Below are positions 15,355 through 26,058 of a stretch of DNA of 37,649 nucleotides, piece after piece. The stretch lies in the IMG/VR virus record IMGVR_UViG_2579778631_000021; one strand, given 5' to 3'. How positions within the stretch are numbered: position 1 is the stretch's first letter; the number at the start of each line of letters is the position of its first letter. The notes beneath the pieces were generated by a model. It saw only the letters and a list, made by a program, of their open reading frames with translations, ran no database searches and was not told where the DNA came from. The position numbers and the translations under genes are program-made. The DNA is from a virus (lineage: Duplodnaviria > Heunggongvirae > Uroviricota > Caudoviricetes).

Positions 15355-15878
15355 CTATCAAATCAAATACGCCAGCACACGACAAGGACTGCTGGCAAAC
15401 GCCGCTTTGGCTTTTTGATGCACTGGATATTGAGTTTGGATTCTGGCTGGATTCGGCAGCGAGCGACAAAAATGCTCTGTGTGCTCACTGGCTAACTGAG
15501 GCCGACGACGCGCTCAATTCTGAGTGGGTAAGCCACGGTGCAATCTGGAATAACCCACCGTACAGCAATATCAGGCCGTGGGTGGAAAAAGCCGCTGAGC
15601 AGTGCATACAACAGCGACAGACGGTAGTTATGCTTGTGCCAGAGGATATGTCAGTCGGATGGTTCAGCAAGGCTCTGGAGAGTGTCGACGAAGTTCGCAT
15701 TATCACTGATGGACGGATTAATTTTATCGAACCATCGACAGGGTTGGAGAAGAAGGGAAACAGCAAAGGCTCCATGCTGCTGATTTGGCGACCGTTCATC
15801 AGTCCTCGACGGATGTTTACTACCGTATCCAAAGCGGCATTGATGGCGATCGGGCAGGGCGTCAGGAGGGCGGCATGA
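15351..15878 (+). CDS. Phage Dam-like N6-adenine DNA methyltransferase (orphan)
   Basis: NPPY catalytic motif ([10 protein letters not shown]); start overlaps ninB stop (ATGA); no adjacent restriction gene. Confidence 0.75.
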   Translation: MTIKSNTPAHDKDCWQTPLWLFDALDIEFGFWLDSAASDKNALCAHWLTEADDALNSEWVSHGAIWNNPPYSNIRPWVEKAAEQCIQQRQTVVMLVPEDMSVGWFSKALESVDEVRIITDGRINFIEPSTGLEKKGNSKGSMLLIWRPFISPRRMFTTVSKAALMAIGQGVRRAA

Positions 15879-16051
15879 GGCGACAGCGACGAAGTATCAC
15901 CGACATCATCTGCGAAAACTGCAAATACCTTCCAACGAAACGCTCCAGAAATAAACGCAAGCAAATCCCAAAAGAATCTGACGTAAAAACCTTCAACTAC
16001 ACGGCTCACCTGTGGGATATCCGGTGGCTAAGACATCGTGCGAGGAAATGA
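15875..16051 (+). CDS. ninE: NinE-like protein
   Basis: 58 aa [29 protein letters not shown]...; start overlaps methyltransferase stop. Confidence 0.6.
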   Translation: MRRQRRSITDIICENCKYLPTKRSRNKRKQIPKESDVKTFNYTAHLWDIRWLRHRARK

Positions 16052-16413
16052 CAATGGATTATTCACAGTTAAGTGATTTTGAAATTAACGTGGCGGTATT
16101 CGAAGCCATTCATAACGGATCACCGGATTACAAAGAAGGTGAGAATGGCGATATGGTGTTTGTCTCATTTGAGGGAGACATTGTAAACGGATACGCAGTT
16201 GAAGTAGAAGTTGAGCGCGGATCCTTTAACCCATGCGCAAACCCAGCAGACGCATGGCCGATTATTGAAAAATACAGGATTAGCATTATCAATCTCGATG
16301 AAGACGAGTGGGGTGCACGCGGTGTGGCCTACTGTAAATCTAAGCGAGCTATACATGAAAATCCCCTCCGCGCCGCCATGATTGTCTTTCTCATGATGCA
16401 GAGAATCCAATAA
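16048..16413 (+). CDS. DUF2591/NinX-like protein
   Basis: Start [14 protein letters not shown] overlapping ninE stop; nin-region position. Confidence 0.45.
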   Translation: MTMDYSQLSDFEINVAVFEAIHNGSPDYKEGENGDMVFVSFEGDIVNGYAVEVEVERGSFNPCANPADAWPIIEKYRISIINLDEDEWGARGVAYCKSKRAIHENPLRAAMIVFLMMQRIQ

Positions 16414-16589
16414 TGCTTAGCCCATCCCAATCCATTCAATACCAGAAAGAAAGCGTCGAGCGGGCTTTAACGTGCGCTAATTGCGGTCAAAAGCTGCATG
16501 TGCTGGAAGTTCACGTGTGTGAGCACTGCTGCGCAGAACTGATGAGCGATCCGAATAGCTCAATGTACGAGGAAGAAGACGATGAGTGA
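16413..16589 (+). CDS. ninF: NinF-like Cys-rich protein
   Basis: 58 aa [44 protein letters not shown]...; below ORF-track cutoff. Confidence 0.6.
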   Translation: MLSPSQSIQYQKESVERALTCANCGQKLHVLEVHVCEHCCAELMSDPNSSMYEEEDDE

Positions 16590-16794
16590 TTACCTGAAAT
16601 GGTATCTCTGCCACCGCTGGTTAATTAAGTTTGCTGTAAAAGACTGGATGACAGCGGATGCCAACAAGCTTAAGCAAAGAAAAGACTATTACTACGCCAG
16701 AATGAAGGAAAACTACTGCTCAATTCGCACTCGCATATTTATTAAAAAAGACCTTCAGTCAATTCTTCAATTGCGAGGGAAGGTAAATGGCTAA
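16582..16794 (+). CDS. Hypothetical nin-region protein (70 aa), AT-rich
   Basis: ORF overlapping ninF stop; no recognisable motif. Confidence 0.35.
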   Translation: MSDYLKWYLCHRWLIKFAVKDWMTADANKLKQRKDYYYARMKENYCSIRTRIFIKKDLQSILQLRGKVNG

Positions 16795-17077
16795 CCTACG
16801 CAAAGAAGCGCGCGGCAGAGAATGCCAGGTACGTATTTACGGCGTATGCAATGGCAATCCTGAAACTACAGTTCTGGCACATTACCGGATGGCTGGAATT
16901 TGCGGAACGGGAATGAAACCTGACGACATGATCGGCGCATGGGCTTGTAGCGCGTGTCACGATGAAATCGACCGACGCACCCATAACCTCGACAACAAAG
17001 ACGCCAGACTTTACCACCTCGAAGGCGTGATCAGGACGCAGGCGATACTGCTGAAGGAGGGGAAGATTAAGTCATGA
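16787..17077 (+). CDS. DUF1364 (YbcO-like) zinc-binding putative nuclease
   Basis: CxxC...CxxCH pattern (CQVRIYGVCNGNPETTVLAH...CSACHDEIDRR) typical of YbcO-like proteins upstream of rusA. Confidence 0.65.
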   Translation: MANLRKEARGRECQVRIYGVCNGNPETTVLAHYRMAGICGTGMKPDDMIGAWACSACHDEIDRRTHNLDNKDARLYHLEGVIRTQAILLKEGKIKS

Positions 17078-17436
17078 ACGAATATCAGTTTGTGCTTCCA
17101 TACCCGCCGTCGGTGAACACCTACTGGCGAAGACGGGGAAGCCAATACTACATCAGCGATAAAGGCCAGAAATACCGAAAAGACGTTCAGCAAATCATCC
17201 GCCAACTCAAGTTAGACATTTTCACCAAATCACGACTACGAATCAAAATAATCGCAGACATTCCGGACTCACGTCGCCGCGATCTCGACAACATCCTTAA
17301 ATGCTTGCTCGACTCCCTTATCCACGCCGGATTTGCGGAAGACGACGAGCAATTCGATGACATTCGCGTAATTCGTGGTGTGAAAGTACCAGGCGGAAGG
17401 CTTGGAATAAAAATCACCGAACTGGAGAACGTATGA
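17074..17436 (+). CDS. rusA: RusA Holliday junction resolvase
   Basis: 120 aa; MNEYQFVLPYPPSVNTYWRRRG... and acidic catalytic residues (DLDN) typical of RusA. Confidence 0.85.
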   Translation: MNEYQFVLPYPPSVNTYWRRRGSQYYISDKGQKYRKDVQQIIRQLKLDIFTKSRLRIKIIADIPDSRRRDLDNILKCLLDSLIHAGFAEDDEQFDDIRVIRGVKVPGGRLGIKITELENV

Positions 17437-17621
17437 ACGCCACAATTCAAACGATACCAGAGCTTCTTATCCAGACACGAGGCAATCAGACCGAAGTGGC
17501 GAGGATGCTTTCCTGCGCAAGAGGAACAGTGCTCAAGTACAACCGAGACAGCAAAGGCGAGCGTCATGTAATAGTTAACGGCGTCCTGATGGTCAAACAG
17601 GGCAAGAGGGGAAGACGATGA
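17433..17621 (+). CDS. ninH: NinH-like protein
   Basis: 62 aa with GNQTEVARMLSCARGTVLKY HTH-like motif as in lambda NinH. Confidence 0.6.
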   Translation: MNATIQTIPELLIQTRGNQTEVARMLSCARGTVLKYNRDSKGERHVIVNGVLMVKQGKRGRR

Positions 17622-18136
17622 GCATAAGAGAACTAAATCTCACCAAAGAGCAGCACGAGTGGCTGAATGGCTGGCTTGAACTGTGGGGCGCATGGGTTTA
17701 TTCAGGTCGTCTGGAAAAGCGCATGAGCAGCGTAATAGCGAAGTTCATGGAGAGCGTAGAGCCGGGAAGAGTTATGACAAGGCCAATGTGCAATGATGAT
17801 GATGGAATGTTGATTTCTCAGGTCGTCGATTCCGTCATGTACATTGACAAAAAAGCCTTTGGGATCCTCCTCAGCTACTACGCTCATGGTTCATCTAAGC
17901 GAGCAATTGCATCCTACTATCACGCGACTGCAAAGCCACGCAAGATGTGTGGACGTGGTGGCGAGGGATGGAGAAAACCTTCACTGGCAACCTGTAGAAA
18001 CGAAATTGACGACATCCTGAAAGCGTCGTTATTTGTTTTGTACCAACCAATGCAAAATGCTTTCAAAATGCGTAAACGTGTTGAGAAAGTTAAGCATGTT
18101 GCTGTTAAAAGCCTTGACATGCAATTAGCCATTTAG
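17618..18136 (+). CDS. Late-gene antiterminator Q (non-lambda type)
   Basis: 172-aa ORF immediately upstream of pR'-like promoter and lysis genes; Cys/His cluster; differs from recalled lambda Q. Confidence 0.6.
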   Translation: MSIRELNLTKEQHEWLNGWLELWGAWVYSGRLEKRMSSVIAKFMESVEPGRVMTRPMCNDDDGMLISQVVDSVMYIDKKAFGILLSYYAHGSSKRAIASYYHATAKPRKMCGRGGEGWRKPSLATCRNEIDDILKASLFVLYQPMQNAFKMRKRVEKVKHVAVKSLDMQLAI

Positions 18137-18143
18137 CCATAAT
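18114..18143 (+). promoter_or_regulatory. Late promoter pR' candidate
   Basis: -35 TTGACA (18114-18119), about 18-nt spacer, -10 CATAAT (18138-18143), overlapping the Q stop codon. Confidence 0.5.
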
Positions 18144-18155
18144 TAGCAGGTAAGC

Positions 18156-18197
18156 TGCCGTTAGTGACTCTTAAGTTGCAACGGTGGCTTTTTTATT
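18156..18197 (+). terminator. tR'-like terminator
   Basis: Hairpin followed by GGCTTTTTTATTTGCACAACAGG; T-run and downstream sequence recalled as lambda tR' region. Confidence 0.5.
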
Positions 18198-18435
18198 TGC
18201 ACAACAGGTAAGAGCATTCTCCCTTATGGGGCTTGGCTTAAATGCACCGAGTGCTCTTATCGTTGTGCTGAATTAAGCGAATGCCGGAAGCAGAACCGGA
18301 TCACCAAATGCGTACAGGCGTCATCGCCGCCCAGCAACAGCACAACCTAAACTGAGCCGTAGCCACTGGCTATCCTGAATTCATCAGTGATAGTTACGCT
18401 GCGGCCTTCTACACATGATCTTCGTGAAAGCGGGT

Positions 18436-18470
18436 GGCAGGAGGTCGCGCTAACAACCTCCTGCCGTTTT
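18436..18470 (+). terminator. Strong hairpin GGCAGGAGGT-loop-ACCTCCTGCC followed by GTTTT
   Basis: Perfect 10-bp stem, 10-nt loop, short T-run; lies about 120 nt upstream of S. Confidence 0.45.
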
Positions 18471-18590
18471 GCCCGTGCATATCGGTCACGAACAAATCTG
18501 ATTACTAAACACAGTAGCCTGGATTTGTTCTATCAGTAATCGACCTTATTCCTAATTAAATAGAGCAAATCCCCTTATTGGGGGTAAGAC

Positions 18591-18914
18591 ATGAAGATGC
18601 CAGAAAAACATGACCTGTTAGCCGCCATTCTCGCGGCAAAGGAACAAGGCATCGGGGCAATCCTTGCGTTTGCAATGGCGTACCTTCGCGGCAGATATAA
18701 TGGCGGTGCGTTTACAAAAACAGTAATCGACGCAACGATGTGCGCCATTATCGCCTGGTTCATTCGTGACCTTCTCGACTTCGCCGGATTAAGTAGCAAT
18801 CTCGCTTATATAACGAGCGTGTTCATCGGCTACATCGGTACTGACTCGATTGGTTCGCTTATCAAACGCTTCGCTGCTAAAAAAGCCGGAGTAGAAGATG
18901 GTGGAAATCAATAA
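18591..18914 (+). CDS. S: Holin S (class I, dual-start MKM)
   Basis: 107 aa [39 protein letters not shown]... recalled as lambda S; sdi hairpin CCCC-TTAT-TGGGGG just upstream. Confidence 0.95.
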   Translation: MKMPEKHDLLAAILAAKEQGIGAILAFAMAYLRGRYNGGAFTKTVIDATMCAIIAWFIRDLLDFAGLSSNLAYITSVFIGYIGTDSIGSLIKRFAAKKAGVEDGGNQ

Positions 18915-19374
18915 TCAACGTAAGGCGTTCCTCGATATGCTGGCGTGGTCGGAGGGAACTGATAACGGACGTCAGAAAACCAGAAATCATGGTTATGACG
19001 TCATTGTAGGCGGAGAGCTATTCACTGATTACTCCGATCACCCTCGCAAACTTGTCACGCTAAACCCAAAACTCAAATCAACAGCAGCCGGACGTTACCA
19101 GCTTCTTTCCCGTTGGTGGGATGCCTATCGCAAGCAGCTCGGACTGAAAGACTTCTCTCCGAAAAGCCAGGACGCTGTGGCACTGCAACAGATTAAAGAG
19201 CGTGGCGCTTTACCGATGATTGATCGCGGTGATATCCGTCAGGCTATCGACCGTTGCAGCAATATCTGGGCTTCACTGCCTGGCGCTGGTTATGGTCAGT
19301 TCGAGCATAAGGCTGACAGCCTGATTGCAAAATTCAAAGAAGCGGGTGGAACGGTCAGAGAGATTGAGGTATGA
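18898..19374 (+). CDS. R: Endolysin R (lytic transglycosylase)
   Basis: 158 aa [39 protein letters not shown]... recalled as lambda R. Confidence 0.95.
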   Translation: MVEINNQRKAFLDMLAWSEGTDNGRQKTRNHGYDVIVGGELFTDYSDHPRKLVTLNPKLKSTAAGRYQLLSRWWDAYRKQLGLKDFSPKSQDAVALQQIKERGALPMIDRGDIRQAIDRCSNIWASLPGAGYGQFEHKADSLIAKFKEAGGTVREIEV

Positions 19375-19808
19375 GCAGAGTAACCGCGATTATCTCCGCT
19401 CTGGTTATCTGCATCATCGTCTGTCTGTCATGGGCTGTTAATCATTACCGTGATAACGCCATGACCTACAAAGAGCAGCGCGATAAAGCCACATCCATCA
19501 TCGCTGATATGCAGAAGCGTCAACGTGATGTAGCTGAACTCGATGCCAGATACACAAAGGAGCTTGCTGATGCTAACGCGACTATCGAAAGTCTCCGTGC
19601 TGATGTTTCTGCTGGGCGTAAGCGCCTGCAGGTCGCCGCCACCTGTGCAAAGTCAACGACCGGAGCCAGCGGCATGGGCGATGGAGAAAGCCCAAGACTT
19701 ACAGCAGATGCTGAACTCAATTATTACCGTCTCCGAAGTGGAATCGACAGGATAACCGCGCAGGTTAACTACCTGCAGGAATACATCAGGACGCAATGCC
19801 TTCGATGA
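19371..19808 (+). CDS. Rz: Spanin inner-membrane subunit Rz
   Basis: N-terminal TM segment, coiled-coil periplasmic domain; overlaps R stop. Confidence 0.85.
   Translation: MSRVTAIISALVICIIVCLSWAVNHYRDNAMTYKEQRDKATSIIADMQKRQRDVAELDARYTKELADANATIESLRADVSAGRKRLQVAATCAKSTTGASGMGDGESPRLTADAELNYYRLRSGIDRITAQVNYLQEYIRTQCLR
19570..19755 (+). CDS. Rz1: Spanin outer-membrane lipoprotein Rz1 (embedded in +1 frame of Rz)
   Basis: Signal peptide with lipobox LLGVSAC, Pro-rich mature region; fully embedded in Rz. Confidence 0.7.
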   Translation: MLTRLSKVSVLMFLLGVSACRSPPPVQSQRPEPAAWAMEKAQDLQQMLNSIITVSEVESTG

Positions 19809-20255
19809 TAGCGATAATTTTACTCATCATCCTTCACATCTGGCTCTGTAGACAGGGTGGTGATCACTTCTGGAGTGAATCCAGATTAAACATCTCATTG
19901 CTGATGCTTGATATTGAGCATCTGGCGCGCGGTAAGGGGCTGCGTTGAGATAAGAGCCAGTTCATTACAAAGCCTATCTACTGGTGGGCTTGATAATGAA
20001 ACCGGAATTTATTCTGGGTAACCAGTTACGGCAGTACCGCGAAACAACCCAAGCCAGTAAGTGGGGAAATAACACTGGCAGCCACTGAAAGATGAACCTC
20101 CTGCCTTATGGCAAAAAAGATTCTTTGTGGTGGCGGACTGATGGAAAGACATCGGTTATTGCAGAGGCCATTCAATGAGTGGTCTCGACAATGGCTTATA
20201 CCCTACACGGGATAACTTAACTGATATCCCTTTTAACGGATAAACGGAGCCAACA

Positions 20256-20498
20256 ATGGCAGAGATTATTCCCATGACTGAAGAACAGAAATTCAAGTTA
20301 GAAATTTACCGACTGCTATCTAAGAACAATTCAGCGGCAGAGGAAGCGTTTGCATTCATTGGTGCTGACCAGTTGAAACTGGAATTGTTCAAGTTGCACT
20401 ACAACGATGGCGGTGCAAATCCAGACTTCACATCTCGCACTATCGAAGCGGTGCGTAAATCGAAGGAAGCGTTAGACCTGTTCACTACCGGAGGGTAA
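20256..20498 (+). CDS. Hypothetical protein (80 aa), P22 orf80-like position
   Basis: ORF with ACGGAG SD; located between lysis genes and small terminase. Confidence 0.45.
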   Translation: MAEIIPMTEEQKFKLEIYRLLSKNNSAAEEAFAFIGADQLKLELFKLHYNDGGANPDFTSRTIEAVRKSKEALDLFTTGG

Positions 20499-20501
20499 GA
20501 G

Positions 20502-20789
20502 ATGACTGAACAAGAAATGCCGAGATACCAGTGCCACAAAAAAGTTCGCGCCCTGAAGATTGGCTCTATAGAACATAAGCCAAACCCAGATCAGTCTGGT
20601 AAGACTGGCTCTTCTAGTTATGGGGCAATTATTCATCCGGATGATAAGAAATACGCAGCATTTGATGTTAGCGCGGAATATATCTGTAAGCACCGACCAA
20701 TGTCTGGAGGCTATTACGTTGTCTATGAGGATGGATATGAATCATATTCTCCTGCTGAGGTATTTGAGTCTGGATATTCAAAATTATAG
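20502..20789 (+). CDS. Hypothetical protein (95 aa)
   Basis: ORF with GGAGGG SD directly after previous gene. Confidence 0.45.
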   Translation: MTEQEMPRYQCHKKVRALKIGSIEHKPNPDQSGKTGSSSYGAIIHPDDKKYAAFDVSAEYICKHRPMSGGYYVVYEDGYESYSPAEVFESGYSKL

Positions 20790-20808
20790 GAATCCTCTAT
20801 GACAAGCG

Positions 20809-20988
20809 TCGTTGATCTTGGTAAGGAGAAGAAATTCCCAATTACTCAAGAGCTATACGAGCGGCTGGAAAGCGTCATTCATGATTACGATGGTGAAATC
20901 AGTTTATGCGAGGCGATTGGCACACTCGAATTGCTGAAGCAGTCACTGATTGAAGGCGCGAAAGAGTCCTCAGCCTGAAATGACAATT
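20809..20988 (+). CDS. Small hypothetical protein (59 aa)
   Basis: [59 protein letters not shown]; below ORF-track cutoff. Confidence 0.3.
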
Positions 20989-21001
20989 AAGTGAGATAAA
21001 T

Positions 21002-21490
21002 ATGGCAGCACCAAAGGGCAACCGATTTTGGGAGGCCCGCAGTAGTCATGGGAGAAACCCTAAATTCGAATCGCCTGAGGCGCTGTGGGCTGCTTGTTGT
21101 GAATACTTCGAGTGGGCTGATGATAACCCACTATGGGAGGGTAAGGTATTTTCATATCAGGGAGAAATAATTAAGGCTAATGTCCCTAAGATGCGAGCCA
21201 TGACTATTTCAGGATTGTGTACCTTCCTTGATATCACCAGGCAAACGTGGGGAACCTTCCGGTCAATGGAAGGTTTTTCTGACGTCACATCACGAGCGGA
21301 AGACATCATCTACGACCAGAAATTCTCTGGCGCAGCCGCTGACCTTCTCAACGCTAACATAATCGCCCGCGATTTGGGCCTCAAAGAGCAGTCGCAAGTT
21401 GAAGACGTGACACCTGATAAGGGAGATCGCGATAAGCGACGCTCTCGTATCAAGGAGCTTTTCAACCGTGGAACTGGACGCGATTCTTGA
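21002..21490 (+). CDS. Terminase small subunit (P22 gp3-like)
   Basis: 162 aa [38 protein letters not shown]... recalled as P22 gp3. Confidence 0.85.
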   Translation: MAAPKGNRFWEARSSHGRNPKFESPEALWAACCEYFEWADDNPLWEGKVFSYQGEIIKANVPKMRAMTISGLCTFLDITRQTWGTFRSMEGFSDVTSRAEDIIYDQKFSGAAADLLNANIIARDLGLKEQSQVEDVTPDKGDRDKRRSRIKELFNRGTGRDS

Positions 21491-22967
21491 TAACCTGAGC
21501 GACGAAGAGCAAATCGAATTGCTCGAGCTACTCGAAGAAGAAGAGAACTACCGGAACACACACCTGCTATATGAATTTACGCCATACAGCAAACAGCGTG
21601 AGTTCATCGACGCCGGGCATGACTATCCAGAGCGCTGTTTTATGGCTGGTAACCAGCTTGGTAAGTCATTTACTGGTGCTGCTGAAGTCGCGTTTCACCT
21701 TACAGGGCGTTATCCGGGCACAAAAGGCTATCCTGCTGATGGTAAATATGGCGGTGAGTGGAAAGGTAAGCGTTTCTATGAGCCTGTTGTCTTCTGGATT
21801 GGCGGCGAGACAAACGAGACTGTAACCAAAACGACTCAACGCATCCTGTGCGGTCGTATCGAAGAGAATGATGAGCCTGGCTACGGTTCCATACCGAAAG
21901 AAGACATCATTAGCTGGAAGAAGTCTCCTTTCTTTCCGAACCTTGTTGATCATCTTCTGGTTAAGCATCACACGGCTGATGGCGTTGAAGATGGCATTTC
22001 AATCTGCTACTTCAAACCATACTCGCAAGGCCGCGCTCGCTGGCAGGGTGACACAATCCACGGCGTGTGGTTTGACGAAGAGCCACCATACAGCATTTAT
22101 GGCGAAGGTCTTACCCGTACCAACAAATACGGGCAATTCTCAATTCTGACGTTTACCCCGCTGATGGGGATGTCTGACGTTGTTACCAAGTTCCTGAAGA
22201 ATCCCAGCAAGTCGCAGAAAGTGGTCAACATGACCATCTATGACGCTGAGCACTACACCGACGAGCAGAAAGAGCAAATCATCGCATCATATCCTGAGCA
22301 TGAGAGAGAGGCGCGTGCTCGCGGTATTCCTACGATGGGTAGCGGGCGAATCTTCCAGATACCGGAAGAGACGATTAAGTGTCAGCCGTTTGAGTGCCCT
22401 GATCACTTCTACGTAATTGGCGGGATGGATTTCGGATGGGATCACCCGCAGGCGCAGGTTCAGCTTTGGTGGGATAAGGACGCAGACACAATCTACGTTT
22501 CACGCGTGTGGAAGGCGAAAGAAAAAACAGCCGTTCAGGCATGGGGAGCTGTTAAATCATGGGCGCATAAAGTGCCAACAGCATGGCCTCATGACGGAAA
22601 CCAGCATGAGAAGGGCGGCGGTGAGCAGCTCAAAGGGCAGTATGCAGATGCTGGTTTTATGATGTTGCAGGAGCATGCGACATGGCCTGATGGCGGTAAT
22701 GCTGTTGAGCCTGGCATCACTGAATTGCGAGACATGATGCTTGATGGTCGCTTCAAAGTATTCAACACCTGTGAGCCATTCTTTGAGGAGTTTCGCCTCT
22801 ATCACCGTGATGAAAACGGGAAGATCGTCAAGCTTAACGATGACGTTCTCTCCGCCGTTCGCTATGCATACATGATGCGCCGCTTCGCCAAAATGATGCG
22901 CGACATCAAAAAACCAAAAGAGAAAAAGATACCAGCCCCAATCAGGCCCATCGCACGGAGAACTTAA
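21468..22967 (+). CDS. Terminase large subunit (P22 gp2-like)
   Basis: 499 aa, GTG start overlapping gp3; Walker A GNQLGKS; nuclease domain acidic motifs. Confidence 0.9.
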   Translation: MELDAILDNLSDEEQIELLELLEEEENYRNTHLLYEFTPYSKQREFIDAGHDYPERCFMAGNQLGKSFTGAAEVAFHLTGRYPGTKGYPADGKYGGEWKGKRFYEPVVFWIGGETNETVTKTTQRILCGRIEENDEPGYGSIPKEDIISWKKSPFFPNLVDHLLVKHHTADGVEDGISICYFKPYSQGRARWQGDTIHGVWFDEEPPYSIYGEGLTRTNKYGQFSILTFTPLMGMSDVVTKFLKNPSKSQKVVNMTIYDAEHYTDEQKEQIIASYPEHEREARARGIPTMGSGRIFQIPEETIKCQPFECPDHFYVIGGMDFGWDHPQAQVQLWWDKDADTIYVSRVWKAKEKTAVQAWGAVKSWAHKVPTAWPHDGNQHEKGGGEQLKGQYADAGFMMLQEHATWPDGGNAVEPGITELRDMMLDGRFKVFNTCEPFFEEFRLYHRDENGKIVKLNDDVLSAVRYAYMMRRFAKMMRDIKKPKEKKIPAPIRPIARRT

Positions 22968-25133
22968 ATGGCCGACGAAAACAGACTCAATTCCATTCTG
23001 TGTAAGTTTGACGCAGACTGGATGGCGAGCGATGAAGCCAGAACCGAGGCGACAAATGACCTGTATTTTAGCCGAGTGTCGCAATGGGATGACTGGCTAT
23101 CAAACTACACCACCCTGCAATATCGCGGACAATTCGATGTTGTTCGCCCGGTGGTCAGGAAACTGGTCGCAGAGATGCGCCGGAACCCTATCGACGTTCT
23201 CTTCCGACCCAAAGACGGCGCTAATCATGATGCAGCCGATGTGTTGATGGGGATGTATCGTACTGATATGCGCCATAACACGGCAAAGATTGCCGTTAAC
23301 GTTGGCGTTCGTGAGCAGATAGAGTCCGGCGTTGGTGCATGGCGTCTGGTCACACAGTACGAAGACAACGACCCAACAAGCAACAATCAGGTAATCAGAC
23401 GCCTGCCAATTCATGAAGCCTGCTCACACGTCATATGGGACGCCAACAGCAAGCAGATGGATAAGAGCGACGCTAAGCACTGCACGGTGATTAACGCCTT
23501 GTCGCGCAATGGCTGGAAAGAGTTCGCAGAGGATTACGGTATTGATCCGGACACCTTGCCATCTTTCCAGAATCCGAACGATACATGGCTGTTTCCGTGG
23601 GTATCGAATGATGTCGTCTACGTCGCTGAGTATTACGAGGTCGAAGAGAAGAAAGAGAAGGTCTTCATCTACCGCGACCCGCTGACAGGTGAGCCGGTCA
23701 GCTATTACCAGCAGGATATCAAAGACGTCATCGACGACCTGGCTAATCGTGGATTCATTAAGGTAGCAGAGCGTAAGGTCAAGCGTCGGCGTGTGTATAA
23801 GTCGATCATCACCTGCACGCAGATACTGAAAGACCGCGAGAAGATAGCCGGAGAGCATATTCCAATCGTTCCAGTGTATGGCGAATGGTCATTCGCTGGT
23901 GACAAGGAGTGCTACGAAGGAGTGGTAAGGCTGACGAAAGACGGTCAGCGCCTTCGTAACATGATCATGTCGTTCAACGCCGATATCGTTGCTCGTTCAC
24001 CGAAGAAGAAACCGACCTTCTTCCCTGAGCAAGTCGAAGGCTACGAATACATGTACGGTGGAAATGATGACTATCCGTACTATCTGCAGAACAGGACCGA
24101 TGAAAACGGTAACGACCTGCCGATTGGTCCAATCTCCTACATGGAAAACCCTGAAGTGCCGCAAGCCAACGCTTACATGCTTGAGGCTGCCACCAACGCA
24201 GTGAAAGAGGTGGCTAGTCTTGGCGTGGATGCGCAGGCGGCAAATGGTCAGGTCGCTTTCGATACCGTCAATCAACTGAACATGCGGGCAGACCTTGAGA
24301 CATACGTGTTTCAGGATAACCTGGCTACCGCAATGCGACGTGATGGCGAGATTTATGCCTCAATGGTCAACGATATTTATGACGTTCCTCGTCATGTAAC
24401 GCTGACACTTGAAGATGGAAGCGAGAAAGACGTTCAACTCTATGCGCAAGTTGTCGATTACCAGTCCGGCAATGTGGTCACACTCAACGACATTCGTGGT
24501 CGATATGAGTGCTATACAGACGTTGGGCCATCCTTCCAGAGTATGAAGGAACAGAACCGCGCAGAGATTCAGGAGTTGCTCACCAAGGTTCCGCAAGGTA
24601 CTCCAGAGTTCCAGATGCTGATGCTGCAATACTTCACGCTGCTTGACGGTAAAGGCGTCGAGATGATGCGAGAGTACGCGAACAAGCAACTGGTAATGAT
24701 GGGGCTGAAGAAACCAGAAACACCTGAAGAGATGGAGATGGTGCAACAGGCACAACAACAGCCGCAGCAGCCATCAGCAGAGCAAATTCAGGCGCAGGGT
24801 ATCCTTCTGCAAGGTCAGGCTGAATTGCTCAAGGCAGAGAACCAACAGGCGCAGATTCAGGTTGAAGCTGCCAAGGTTGAAGCTCAAAACCAACTCAACG
24901 CCGCGAAGATTGCAGAAATCTTCAACAATATGGATCTCGACAAGCAGGCAGAACTGCGTGAGTACCTCAAGCTCGTAGGTCAATTCCAGCAACAGCGCAG
25001 CAAAGATGCTCGTGCTAACGCTGAGCTGCTTCTTAAAGATGCAGACCAGACTCATTCACAACGCATGGATTTCGCGAATCTTATGCGTCAAGTTCAAATC
25101 CCCTCCGGCGGAGTAGCCGAGACACCTCAATAA
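22968..25133 (+). CDS. Portal protein (P22 gp1-like)
   Basis: 721 aa, [18 protein letters not shown]...; Q-rich C-terminal barrel region; recalled near-collinear with P22 portal. Confidence 0.95.
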   Translation: MADENRLNSILCKFDADWMASDEARTEATNDLYFSRVSQWDDWLSNYTTLQYRGQFDVVRPVVRKLVAEMRRNPIDVLFRPKDGANHDAADVLMGMYRTDMRHNTAKIAVNVGVREQIESGVGAWRLVTQYEDNDPTSNNQVIRRLPIHEACSHVIWDANSKQMDKSDAKHCTVINALSRNGWKEFAEDYGIDPDTLPSFQNPNDTWLFPWVSNDVVYVAEYYEVEEKKEKVFIYRDPLTGEPVSYYQQDIKDVIDDLANRGFIKVAERKVKRRRVYKSIITCTQILKDREKIAGEHIPIVPVYGEWSFAGDKECYEGVVRLTKDGQRLRNMIMSFNADIVARSPKKKPTFFPEQVEGYEYMYGGNDDYPYYLQNRTDENGNDLPIGPISYMENPEVPQANAYMLEAATNAVKEVASLGVDAQAANGQVAFDTVNQLNMRADLETYVFQDNLATAMRRDGEIYASMVNDIYDVPRHVTLTLEDGSEKDVQLYAQVVDYQSGNVVTLNDIRGRYECYTDVGPSFQSMKEQNRAEIQELLTKVPQGTPEFQMLMLQYFTLLDGKGVEMMREYANKQLVMMGLKKPETPEEMEMVQQAQQQPQQPSAEQIQAQGILLQGQAELLKAENQQAQIQVEAAKVEAQNQLNAAKIAEIFNNMDLDKQAELREYLKLVGQFQQQRSKDARANAELLLKDADQTHSQRMDFANLMRQVQIPSGGVAETPQ

Positions 25134-25146
25134 GAGAGAGTTAATC

Positions 25147-26058
25147 ATGGACCAAACCACCGACATTCAGGCTTCTGAAGAATTAACCCTGCCCGGCAAT
25201 CATGCAGCGGCATCTGCTGATGGCTTAGTTGTCGATAATGCCAACGACAACGCAGGTCAGGAAGAAGGCTTCGAGATTGTCCTGAAAGACGATGAGAAAC
25301 CAAAACAAGACCCGGCAACTAATGCTGAATTTGCCCGTCGCCGCATCGAACGCAAACGCCAGCGTGAGCTTGAGCAGCAGATGGAAGCGGTTAAGCGTGG
25401 AGAGTTGCCGGAGCACCTGCGGGTGAACCCTGAGTTACCAAAACAACCAGACCCTAACGATTATCTTTCCGAAGATGCACTGGCTAAGTACGACTATGAC
25501 CAGAGCCGCGCACTGGCTGCCTTCCAGCAGGCAAACAGTGAATGGCAGATCAAGGCTATGGACGCACGAAGCCAGGCTGTCGCCGAGCAGGGTCGCAAAA
25601 CTCAGGAGTTCACCCAGCAATCAGCGCAATACGTCGAGGCAGCCCGTAAGCACTACGACGCAGCGGAAAAGCTCAATATCCCTGACTATCAGGAGAAAGA
25701 GGATGCATTCATGCAACTGGTGCCGCCAGCAGTCGGTGCCGACATCATGCGCCTCTTCCCGGAGAAATCCGCTGCTCTCATGTATCACCTTGGTGCTAAT
25801 CCTGAGAAAACACGCCAGTTGCTGGCGATGGACGGGCAATCCGCGCTGATTGAACTCACTCGACTGTCAGAACGTTTAACTCTCAAGCCTCGAGCCAAGC
25901 CTGTTTCAGAAGCCCCGTTACCTGATGAACCCATTCAGGGACACGCTGTTGCTGCAAATATCTCTGCGATTGAAAAGCAGATGGAAGCGGCAGCAAACAA
26001 AGGGGATGTAGAGACATACCGCAAGCTCAAGGCGCAACTGAATAAAGGAATTCGATAA
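25147..26058 (+). CDS. Scaffolding protein (P22 gp8-like)
   Basis: 303 aa, acidic N-terminus, C-terminal helix-turn-helix coat-binding region. Confidence 0.9.
   Translation: MDQTTDIQASEELTLPGNHAAASADGLVVDNANDNAGQEEGFEIVLKDDEKPKQDPATNAEFARRRIERKRQRELEQQMEAVKRGELPEHLRVNPELPKQPDPNDYLSEDALAKYDYDQSRALAAFQQANSEWQIKAMDARSQAVAEQGRKTQEFTQQSAQYVEAARKHYDAAEKLNIPDYQEKEDAFMQLVPPAVGADIMRLFPEKSAALMYHLGANPEKTRQLLAMDGQSALIELTRLSERLTLKPRAKPVSEAPLPDEPIQGHAVAANISAIEKQMEAAANKGDVETYRKLKAQLNKGIR

Noticed and set aside
18137-18590. Possible tRNA or toxin cargo between Q and S
   Set aside because: No ORF of 60 aa or more, no GTTCGA-type TPsiC motif or cloverleaf-like acceptor-stem pairing seen by eye; interval appears to be lambda-like leader sequence
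19809-20255. bor or lom-like lipoprotein genes expected downstream of Rz in lambda
   Set aside because: No minus-strand ORF with a signal peptide and lipobox is present; these lambda morons appear to be absent
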